From positions 63,798,001-63,862,000 of the forward strand of contig NC_043002.1 in the NCBI RefSeq assembly GCF_006345805.1: DNA of 64,000 nt, written 5' to 3'. Origin of the DNA: Octopus sinensis. Lineage: Eukaryota. Every line of letters begins with the position of its first letter. The first letter of the stretch is position 1. Positions 53,961 through 64,000 of the stretch are shown one piece after another. A program made the translations under genes and the position numbers. The notes beneath the pieces are model-generated. The model was not told the origin of the DNA. It was given only the letters and a program-made list of their open reading frames with translations, and searched no databases.

Positions 53961-55835
53961 CTATTATCACTTATTTAGATTATTGAAGAAAGATATAGTC
54001 CCTCTACCTTATGTTTCTTTGCATCATTATTCTATTGTGGATATTTTAAGATATTCTTTGGATTAAATCATTGATATTTTGATTTGCTGCATCAGCCTTC
54101 TTTTGTCTACTGAGCAGTTGAGATATTGAGAAATTCGTCATGGCACATTTATTTAATGTTTAATAACTGAAGGTTGATGCAGTGACATGTTTGCACATCT
54201 ATTTCTGACAGTAGACCTAAAGATATTTCAGTTACCATTTGTAAATATTTGGCTTTTGCTGCTACACATTCCGGAATTATTTTTTGGTGACTGTGTGTTC
54301 CTGTGGATTTTTATCATATTTTAATTTCATCCCCTTATATTCTAAATTATTCCAGACATTGAATTCTAGGTTGAATTGTATTCCAAGGTGTGTAGCAAGT
54401 CCACTTTCTGCCCCACTCTCATTAATCTCGTACAATTTGTATCAGTGACAAATTCTATCACTTCCGGTATTGATCAGTGAACTCATTAGGAATTTTAAAT
54501 TATTTGATTCCACCTAAACATAGGTTAATTCTGCATTCATACCTCCTTTGCTCTGTGATACGAGTGCAAATGTTATTCATGGTTGTAATCCATGGCTAAT
54601 ATTTCATATTGCTCCTATTAAGTGTCTCTGACTTGTAAACTACGGCTCAAATATATAGACAGTTATACAGGTATACAGATATGACAATTTTAGCCTTTGC
54701 TTCTGCAGCAGATTCAGTTTTAAATATATATCATAAAATATCATATAACTTGTGTATGTTTTCGACCATACATCATACCAAGATATGTCCTGGGGATCTC
54801 GTTATAACAGCTCAGATGAAGTTATTTTTGTCACCTTTCGTCTTTTCGTAGAGTAAGGTTAATGCTTAATCCCAATACTTACTATCATTATTTTCTTTGT
54901 CGTCTTTATTAATGAAATGTTATTCGCTTCTACGAAATTTTGTCCTATGATTTATTTCATTTTCACTGTGATGGCTCTAAACCTTCCAAAATTTAATTAG
55001 ATATTAAAAGATTTGTCTTTACACAACAGCAATATGAACCGACCGCAGTTTTTTAAATTCATGCTAGAGACGTTACTGCTATAATTATACTTACTATCAT
55101 CGCACTCTTTAGGATTACTCCTACGTGTGTTTGGGTTATTTTCTTGTATTCATTTTTCACAAAAATATTGATTTTTCACCTTCTTGTATTTTTACATGTG
55201 TTTAATTCGGTATTGTACACTTTAATGTATTGTTTCACGTTGCAATGTTTATACTTGGAGCGTAATTCAGTCTGATAACCACATTTGATGTGAAAATGCA
55301 ATATGTCACAATAGAAGAAAAATTAAAAGTTAGTAAAGCACAATTCATTTTTTCTGTACTCTGCCTGCGGGTATCGAGGATACCCATTAATTAGGCAATT
55401 ATTCTTTTGTTATACAAGTAGTCCAATTACAATATTAGTTAGTAATTACATGAATTATTGTGCTTCAAAGAAAGAATCCGAAAGATATCTTCTCACAACG
55501 AAATTTAAATAGCAATAGTAGTGGTTGTGGTAGTGGTGGTGGTGGTGGTGGTGGTGGTGGAAGTAGTAGTAGTAATAGTAGTAGTAGTAGTAGTAGTAGT
55601 ATTAATGTGATTTCATGTTTTGGCAAAAGGCCAGTAATTTCTGAGGAGGGAAGGGTTAAGTCGATATTATCAACGCCTGGTCAACGATTGGTACGTTTTT
55701 TTTTTCTTTAAATCTCCCACCGATGACATGAATAGCAATATCGACGACGCAGGATTTTAAACACAGAAAGAATAGACGGGAGAAATGTTATAGAGTATTT
55801 TGCCCGGCATTGTAACACTCTTGCCAACTCACCGC

Positions 55836-55865
55836 CTTAATAATAATAATAACAACAACAACAAC

Positions 55866-55915
<50 letters not shown>

Positions 55916-55920
55916 TAATA

Positions 55921-55968
<48 letters not shown>

Positions 55969-55978
55969 GTGATGATGG

Positions 55979-56013
<35 letters not shown>

Positions 56014-56032
56014 ATGATGATGATGATGATGA
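55836..56032. repeat. (AAT)n-(GAT)n microsatellite
   Basis: Direct reading of the sequence. Confidence 0.97.
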
Positions 56033-56550
56033 TTGTAAACAAGTATGGACTTGGGGGATCAATAAAGTGGTACGAACATAAACCCGAAGGCATCATGGGA
56101 TTCTATAGGATTTTATGATTCAAGGCGACTATGAGATAGAGAATAGGAAGCCAGACATAGTGTTAATTGAGAAAGAAAGCAAACGGTGCTGGATTATAGA
56201 TATAGCATGCCCAGCTGACAAGAAGATATGCGATAGGAAGAAAGAAACGTTGAGAGATATGAAATGATAGCGTGGGAGTTTAAGCAGTTGTGATTGATGG
56301 AAAAGATGGTCGTAGTACCAATAATACTTGGAGTCCTGAGAGCAGTGCAAAAAATCTTGAGATATACGTGAAACAAATAGGGGCTGCAATAACGGTAGAG
56401 CATTTGCAGAAAACAGTACTGCTTGGAAACACTCGAATACTCCGGAAGATGCTCGAAAAATAAGAGGTGTTACCTTAGTTCACTGGTAGTAAACAGCTGA
56501 CAGATTAGTACATATTTAGTGTTAGAAACTGTGCAAAGTCAATAAATAAT
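56033..56550 (+). mobile_element. R4/Dong-like LINE 3' end (RLE domain)
   Basis: WYEHKPE, WDFMIQ.D.EIENRKPDIVLIEK...IIDIACPAD and VVPIILG. Flanked by trinucleotide repeats. Confidence 0.8.
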
Positions 56551-57369
56551 GATGATCATGATTATGATCATGATCATGATCATTATCATCATCATCATTA
56601 TCATCATGTTGTTGATGATGATCATGTTAAACTTGATATGAGATCACCATGTCACGCGCATACATTTGTGATGTATATGCGTGGTGTACCTTTACCAGAC
56701 GAGTAGTCATGATGGGTATACTGGGCTTTGTATATTTACCCCACTGTCACGTTGATGACATGCACTGCTCCCTCACTAACTAAATAATAATAATGAGATC
56801 CTAGTGCGTACATCGACACCAGTGCGTACCTTGAGCTTATTTAATGATCGCTGGAAGTATGAAAGACCAAGTCGCTTCCTGTGGAATTTGAACTAAGAAG
56901 GGAACGACGGGTGATATATCGATAAGCACAAACCAGAGAAACTGGCTGAGTCGGTAATCAGCAAAATCTTGTGGATTTTTACCATTCTCCTTAGACCAGG
57001 TGCTTGAGCAGAAGCTGGATCTAGTCGGGTGGACTAGGTGAATCTCACGTACTCTTTAATTGAGGTTGCGTACCACATTTATCTCCAGATATTGAAGAGG
57101 TGAAGCGAAAAATAGACATATATAATTCTCTTAAATACAAGATAGCGTGACTGTGGAAAATGAAGAAGGTGATGATAGTGAAAATTAGAGCTGTTGCCTG
57201 GATGGCACAGCCAGAATCATCGGGATAGTATTAGACAGATGAAAACAAGAGATAGCACGGTACTGAAGGCTGCAGTGAACAACTACTTTACGCTTGCAAG
57301 ACTCCACAACGTCTAACAATACATGAGATGAATGCATCTGGTGTACTCTTATCAGGTGTTTAGTCATGA

Positions 57370-57605
57370 TAGGCAAGCTGGCAGAAACGTTAGCATGCCG
57401 GACGAAATGCGTAGCCGTATTTCGTCTACCGTTACGTTCTGAGTTCAAATTCCGCCGAGGTCGACTTCGCCTTTCATCCTTTCGGGGTCGATGAATTAAG
57501 TACCAGTTACGCACTGGGGTCGATGTAATCGACTTAATCCGTTTGTCTGTCCTTGTTTGTCCTCTCTGTGTTTAGCCCCTTGTGGGTAGTAAAGAAATAG
57601 GTATA
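57370..57605 (+). mobile_element. SINE family B
   Basis: Near-consensus head and core. Confidence 0.85.
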
Positions 57606-57649
57606 CTGCGCTTTGATGACGTACACTGATCTCTCAATGATAAACATAT

Positions 57650-57783
57650 TTTCTACTAAAGGCACAAGGCCTGAAATTTGGGGAGGGGGATGAGTCGATT
57701 TCACTGACCCCAGTTTTTCAGTGGTACTTAATCTATCGAAATCATCAGAATGGATGAAAGGCAAAGTCGACCTCAGCGGAATT
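57650..57783 (-). mobile_element. SINE family B 3' part, truncated at (AAT)n
   Basis: ggatgaaaggcaaagtcgacctcagcggaattt on the plus strand. Confidence 0.75.
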
Positions 57784-57803
57784 TAATAATAATAATAATA
57801 ATG

Positions 57804-57849
<46 letters not shown>

Positions 57850-58014
57850 TAATAATAATAATAATAACAATAATAATAATAATAATAATGATAATAATAT
57901 CAAAAATAATATAATAAAAATAAAAATAATAATAATAATAATAATGATAATTATAATAATAATAATAATAATGGCAATAATAATAATAACTATAATAATA
58001 AGCATAGCAGCAGC

Positions 58015-58059
<45 letters not shown>

Positions 58060-58180
58060 CGCAGCAGCAGCAGAAATGAATATAACAATAAAAAGAAGAA
58101 GGAAAAGAAAAAGAAGAAGAAGAAGAAGAAGAAGAAGAAGAAGAAGAAGAACAATAACAACAACAACAACAACAACAACA
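57784..58180. repeat. Compound trinucleotide tract (AAT)n-(GCA)n-(GTA)n-(GCA)n-(AGA)n-(ACA)n
   Basis: Direct reading of the sequence. Confidence 0.95.
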
Positions 58181-58460
58181 GTGGTCATCATCCGGCAATC
58201 AGGTGGTGGCAAAAGATGGCAGGACGCAGCGACACAGATCAATGCAGACTCTGTAACGAGGAGGTGGAATCTATAGAACATCTCTGGCTGAGATGTCCGG
58301 CCCTGATCCAGCAACTAGGGGCTACAATGGATAAGATGATTCGTCTCCCTTCCGTGGCTCTAGCGCTTCTGGCAGTTATCCCCAGGCGCTTGAGGTGAAC
58401 AACTACAACAACAGCTGCAGCATCTGCAGCAACAGCGGTAACAACAAATGCAACAAGAAA
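58181..58460 (+). mobile_element. LINE 3' end with C-terminal CCHC finger and (ACA)n tail (I/R1-like)
   Basis: DQCRLCNEEVESIEHLWLRCPAL...RRLR*, with (CAA)n on both sides. Confidence 0.65.
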
Positions 58461-59186
58461 ATGCAGAAAAGAATAACAGTAAGAACAACAACGGAACGGG
58501 ACACATGCAGCGATGTTTATGTAAATTATACTGAAAAATGGTTCATTTCTTATCAAAATTCCGTAAATAAAACTGCAAAAAGTGGGAGTCGCTACCCAAT
58601 CGAGGGGGAATCTACAAAGCTTGTATGGTTCGATAGCTATTTTCAAATATTTTAATGGAAAGAGGAAAAATGCGCTCTAAACGCATTTTTCTTCACATAT
58701 TTGAAATAGATCTCACTACTAGCATATCATTCCGAAAAGCTAGATAAATATCACATGTGTGTGTGTGTTTTGGATGGGCGTGCGTGAGTGTGTATACATT
58801 CAAAAATATACATTCACATATACATATATTATATATATATATATATATAATATATATATATATAATATATATATATATACGTTTAAATATTTGTTGTGCA
58901 AGATTTTTTACGTGAAGTCGTGTGTTGAAACAGATATTGTTATATTTCGGAATGGTCATATTGCCAGTTTAGCCAATAGAAACACACGCACTATATATTT
59001 GGTGTTATTTTGCTTCAGTGATATTTATTTTTTACATTAATCTTAATCTTATTTCGGCCAAAGTTCTTTCGTCACACTCCTGTGACCGCATCATTGGTCC
59101 TTTGTTTTCTTCTCACTTATTTGTGTCTCTCCTTACTAACCGTCAGCCATTTATATATATGTATAATATATATATATATATATATC

Positions 59187-59267
<81 letters not shown>

Positions 59268-59277
59268 GTGTGTGGTG

Positions 59278-59308
<31 letters not shown>

Positions 59309-59310
59309 TG

Positions 59311-59344
<34 letters not shown>

Positions 59345-59519
59345 TATATATATATATATATATTATATATATACATACTGAAACTCTTTCGCCGAGCGTC
59401 AAGCTCATACATTTCTCATGCACGTCCTCCTGTTCGTTTTCATTTGCTCTTTTTGATTCACTGTTTATTTGGTTTTAAAATACATACATACACACATACA
59501 CAAACGCACCCACATATAT

Positions 59520-59690
59520 GTAACGTTGGCGATTTTCTTCCTCTGTCTTCCCCTCTCTTGGACTTGCCACTGTTTCTGAAGAAGAGCTTTGCTCGAAACG
59601 TAAAATACTCTTTCTTTCCTTTCCTGACCGTTTGATAATACAGTACTTGGACCACGCCCTCGCGTTGCAGTTTGTCTTCTTTGTTCTTTT
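59520..59690 (+). mobile_element. PLE-type 3' end of a second family
   Basis: Pyrimidine-rich lead-in, HHR, then tttcctgaccgtt...taatac, resembling the pLTR layout at 15856-15991. Confidence 0.55.
59571..59607 (+). ncRNA. Minimal type I hammerhead, canonical core
   Basis: UGUUU-CUGAAGA-A-GAGC-UUU-GCUC-GAAAC-GUA-AAAUA, with a 5-bp stem I including one GU pair and an ACGU palindrome. Confidence 0.7.
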
Positions 59691-59709
59691 TTTTTGGGGG
59701 GGGGGTTCA

Positions 59710-59744
<35 letters not shown>

Positions 59745-59759
59745 TAAATATATATTTCT

Positions 59760-59955
59760 CTTACTTTCTTGTATTCGGTTCAGTTATTTGTCTGCGGCCA
59801 TGCCCGAGCACTGCGTTTAGTCTGGCAAATCCACACTAGGACTTATTCTTTGTATGCCTAGTACTTATTCTATCGGTGTCATTTGCCGAACCGCCCAGTT
59901 ACTGGGGCATCAACATACCAACATCGGTTGTCAAACGATGATGGGAGACAAATGC
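59760..59955 (-). mobile_element. SINE family A 3' half
   Basis: ggccatgc...ggacttattctttgt...tacttattctatcggt...catcggttgtcaa. Confidence 0.7.
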
Positions 59956-60031
59956 ATATATAAGTGTGTGTGTGTGTGCATGTATATATATATATCGATA
60001 GATAGATAAATATAGATATTGATATATATTA

Positions 60032-62744
60032 TTAGGTCGTCAACTATGAAATTTTCAGTAAGGTATATGGTAAACTTTGACAGCTGCACATATTTTGCTA
60101 TTGTTATGTTTTGATAATCTTTAGTTCTTTGTTAAAAAGCTGCCATCTATTTCTTAATTGTCATTGGCGACGGGTGTTATACCTGCGGACTGGAGAACAG
60201 CGATAATCTGCCCAATTTTCAAGAAAGGGAGCTGCGAAGACCCGCTTAACTACCGACCGGTTTCCCTTACGTCAATAATCAGCAAGATGTTCGAAACCAT
60301 CCTTAAGAAAAGTATGATGCTCCACCTCCAAAACACAGCCTCTATCTCTGATTCCCAACACGGCTTCGTGCCGAAGAGATCATGCTTGACCAACTTACTG
60401 GTAATGGAAGAATTGGTGACACGCATCCTCGAAGATAGTGATGCTGTTGACATCGTTTTATTGGACTTTGCCAAAGCTTTTGACTCGATAAACCACCGCC
60501 TATTACTTGTCAAGCTTCAAGCATATAGTTTCCATCCGGATATTGTACGATGGGTTGGTGCCTTCCTCTCAGATCACTCCTTCCAAGTCCAAGTTAATGG
60601 TTCGCGGTCCGACGTCTCCAGTGCGAGCACTGGCGTGCCTCAAGGTTCAGTGCTTGGGCCCTTATTGTTCTTAGTCTTCATAAATTACTTGCCCGACGAC
60701 CTCACGCAACACACCTTTCTATTTGCCGACGATATCAAACTGGTCGCTCCTCGCGGTGATATAGAGGATCTTCGTCGATGCATCCACCAAATTTGGAGGT
60801 GGTCTAACGAATGGGACCTATGTCTGAACGTGTCAAAGTGCTGTCATCTGTCTGTTGGCTCTCCTCCTGCAACTCAACTTGATTTCGAGCCGGGTCGTCT
60901 GCTGCTGGAGAGGACCGATCAGGTAAAGGACCTGAGTATCTTGGTGGATTCCTCCTTTTCGCCTTCGGCCCAGTGCGTCCATGCTGCCAACAAAGCACGC
61001 GGAATTCTGTTCTTGATTCGACGGTCATTCGGAATGCTCACAGCAGCCATATTCCTACCACTCTATGTCACGCTGGTGAGACCCATATTGGAGTACGGGA
61101 TTCAAGCCTCTTCTCCTTATCTCCTCAAAGACATACAGCATCTCGAAAGAGTCCAGAAGCTGGCTACCCGCATGGTTCTTGGTCTCAAAAATTTGTCCTA
61201 TGAAGAAAGGCTGAGGACGCTCGACCTTTATTCTCAAGAAAAACGCCGCCGCCGTGGTGATCTCATTCTGGCCCACAACATCATAAGCGGAAAGTGTAAC
61301 CTCTCGAAAGAGCTGTTCTTCACTCCTGCTCCAAAGCGTCGGCTGCGGGGTCATTCTGAAAAGCTCTACCTGCGACGATTTCATCTCAATCGAAGGAGAG
61401 GAGCTTTCTCCGTCCGGGTTGCGGATCCGTGGAACAAGCTGCCAGACGAGATGATGAAGATGCCGACGACCGGTTTGTTCAAAGCCTCCCTTGACCTCAA
61501 GTGGCCTGAACTCTTTACATGAACACCACCCTGTACTTAACTCCATATCCCCCTACATGGCCTTGCTATTTGCTTTTGAGCCAAATTAACTAACTAACTA
61601 ACTAACTAACTAATTCTAACTCATTTGAAATCAATTCTTGTTTAGAGATGTATAAGTCAGTTATTCGTACAGTTTTGAAATATGTTTTCCTTCTTGGAAA
61701 TATAGCACCACAGACAGCTCGGAATATTAATGCAATATTTCGTTCGAATGTTATTATACAGCTGAAAGAATTAAATTGGTTTACAAAATTTCGTTCTGGT
61801 AACTTTGACCTCACAAATGGGCAACGTGATCGACCAGAACCAAAGGTGGATAAAGAAGAACTGAAAGCATCCGTCGAGTCATATCCGTCTTAAAGCGCTC
61901 GTGAATTCTCGTTGTTGTCGGTTGGTGTTGGCAAGCAAACAATATTGACTCACCTAGTTAAATCGATAGAGTGAAAATGTTGGATAAATGGGTTAAATAC
62001 GAACTCAATGACAATCAAATACTGCAACGTTTGGAAACCTGAAAAAATGAATCATTTTTGAATCGAATTTTAACATGTGATGAGAAATGGATCCAATAAA
62101 ATAACCGTAAAGGTTCAAAACAATGGTTGGAAACATATCGCTCAATGGCTGAACAAATATGAGCCACCAGAACACAGTCCAAAAAGCAAACTTCATCAAA
62201 GGAAGCTGCGATGTGTTTTGTGGTCTGGCGCAGGTGTGATCCATTATGATTTCATTAAACCTGGCTCATCAATCACGCCCGAAGTATACTGCAGCCAACT
62301 GGAGCAAAGGATGCAGCAACGTACAAAGAAACACCCTATATTAGTCAACACATCCATTCCTATTTTATTGCAAGACAACGCCAGCCCACACATCGCAAAA
62401 ATGACATTGGCGAAACTACAGGAATTGGAGTTGGAAGTTCTCCATCGTCCTCCATACTTACCTGACATTGCCCTCACTGACTAGCACTTCTTCCAGAATT
62501 AGGAAAACATTTCGATAGGAAAATAAAGTAATTCCGACGAAGCTGAAAAACAGGCCTTCCAAGATTTTATTGACTCTAGAATGTCAGGCTTTTACAGTTC
62601 CGGGCTGGACAAGCTACCGCTGAAATGGCAAAAGTATATTGACAATATGGGTACATACTTTGATGAATAAAACTATTCATTGTATTTATAATATTATAGC
62701 AGACTTTATTTTATTTTCTACAAATTTCATACTTGACAACCTAT
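60032..62744 (+). mobile_element. Mariner transposon (pseudogenised) interrupted by a CR1-type LINE
   Basis: TIRs TA|TTAGGTCGTCAACTATGAAAT and ATTTCATACTTGACAACCTAT|TA. Transposase pieces at 61648-61893 and 62077-62484 (LLQDNASPH, HRPPYLPDIA). Confidence 0.85.
60158..61522 (+). CDS. 5'-truncated CR1-type LINE reverse transcriptase (open for 454 codons)
   Basis: NYRPVSLTS, QHGF..RSCLTNL, LDFAKAFD, GVPQGSVLGPLLF and FADD. A 3' UTR and (TAAC)n tail run to about 61614. No EN domain is present. Confidence 0.92.
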   Translation: MSLATGVIPADWRTAIICPIFKKGSCEDPLNYRPVSLTSIISKMFETILKKSMMLHLQNTASISDSQHGFVPKRSCLTNLLVMEELVTRILEDSDAVDIVLLDFAKAFDSINHRLLLVKLQAYSFHPDIVRWVGAFLSDHSFQVQVNGSRSDVSSASTGVPQGSVLGPLLFLVFINYLPDDLTQHTFLFADDIKLVAPRGDIEDLRRCIHQIWRWSNEWDLCLNVSKCCHLSVGSPPATQLDFEPGRLLLERTDQVKDLSILVDSSFSPSAQCVHAANKARGILFLIRRSFGMLTAAIFLPLYVTLVRPILEYGIQASSPYLLKDIQHLERVQKLATRMVLGLKNLSYEERLRTLDLYSQEKRRRRGDLILAHNIISGKCNLSKELFFTPAPKRRLRGHSEKLYLRRFHLNRRRGAFSVRVADPWNKLPDEMMKMPTTGLFKASLDLKWPELFT

Positions 62745-63437
62745 TAATTTATGTATTTATAATTACCTACACTGACATATATATTTACATAATCTTGAGA
62801 GTTCATATAGGAACGTACGTATATACGCAGGATTATGTGAGGACGCGAAAATTTTATTTGTATTATGGGAAACATTTTTTATTTCTATTGCACTGTCTCG
62901 AAATATACTGGGATTCTTATCAATTTAATAAGAAATAAATACATTGAAAATGCGACCCTCTGTTTTCAAACACCTCATAAATAATTGAGTCTGTGTACAG
63001 CCATTGAACTCTCTTAAACTCATTCAAACTTTCGGTAAGTGATTAGATATAAAATTCCGGATTTCTGTTAATGGAATTCTGACTGGTTACACTTTAAATG
63101 TCCAATTTAGATTTAATACAACTTGAAATCAGGTAGGAGAATCTTCGCGTTTGGCATTTAAATTTCTACAAATCTAATGGCTCTTTACATTATCCTGATG
63201 AAAAAGCGGCTGAAGCGATTTAATTGAAAGAAATCTAATGGAATCCAAATAACATTTAAAGTGTTTTCGTTTCGGATCAGAGTCTGTGTCATCTATGAGG
63301 GGTGACTTATATGTAAGTACAAATATACATATACATGCGTATATACCTCTATAGGTATATACACACATGGTCCTATATAAGCTTTTGCGCGTGCGTGTAT
63401 GTGGGTATGAGGGTGTCTGTTTTGTATTTACGTATAC

Positions 63438-63483
<46 letters not shown>

Positions 63484-63587
63484 CTTACGAGCTACATAAA
63501 TTTTTGCGTATTTATATACCAATGTATACACATATATATATATGCATGCATATATATATATATGTACATATATGGGAATATATATTC

Positions 63588-63618
<31 letters not shown>

Positions 63619-63633
63619 ATATATTTGTATTCG

Positions 63634-63664
<31 letters not shown>

Positions 63665-63666
<2 letters not shown>

Positions 63667-64000
63667 CCCCTACACCCACTCCCACAATCCCAACCTCTAC
63701 CCCCACATTCTGCCTACCCACATACCCCAACCCCCAGCCGAACCCACACCCACCCGTTCTTTCCTCACTCTCGCTTCCCTCACCTCCCAACAACATCACA
63801 CCACACTACACCATACGACATTACACATCACATCAAAACACATCACCCACACACCAGCACTGACAAATTCCCATCACCACATTTTCACACCTTGACATAC
63901 ATACAGGCACACGTCCAAACCACCAACCCTCTCTCACACGCGCATACATACCCTGTTATAAACATAGGCACCTTCGTGTGGGGGGGTCATCTTTACTTTG
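63665..64000 (+). mobile_element. PLE 3' UTR fragment (family of 14308-15991), running off the window
   Basis: ccccaacccccagccgaacccacaccc...catcacaccacactacaccatacgacat matches 15480-15680. Starts at a (TA)n tract. Confidence 0.8.

Overview
AT-rich, microsatellite-dense metazoan DNA. The SINE families look like octopus (cephalopod) repeats, recognised from memory and not from a database search. No host protein-coding gene can be supported, and most listed ORFs are translations of microsatellites. The window is a TE mosaic: a near full-length RTE LINE, a CR1-type RT nested in a mariner, further mariners, HERO-like, R4/Dong-like and Tx1/L1-like LINE remnants, Penelope-like element (PLE) fragments, several SINEs, a MITE and a Helentron-type HINE. 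The main result is three apparently unrelated non-coding repeat units of 491, 454 and 363 bp. Each carries a type I hammerhead ribozyme (HHR) fold with a palindromic stem III. They occur as head-to-tail copies, two of them with a PLE-style inverted 5' copy, and all abut (TA)n tracts. This is the architecture expected of retrozyme-like, circular-RNA-producing non-autonomous retroelements, possibly mobilised by PLEs. The local PLE family also carries a minimal HHR with a family-wide non-canonical core (CUGUNGAA, A6U). All folds were read by eye, and cleavage and expression are untested.
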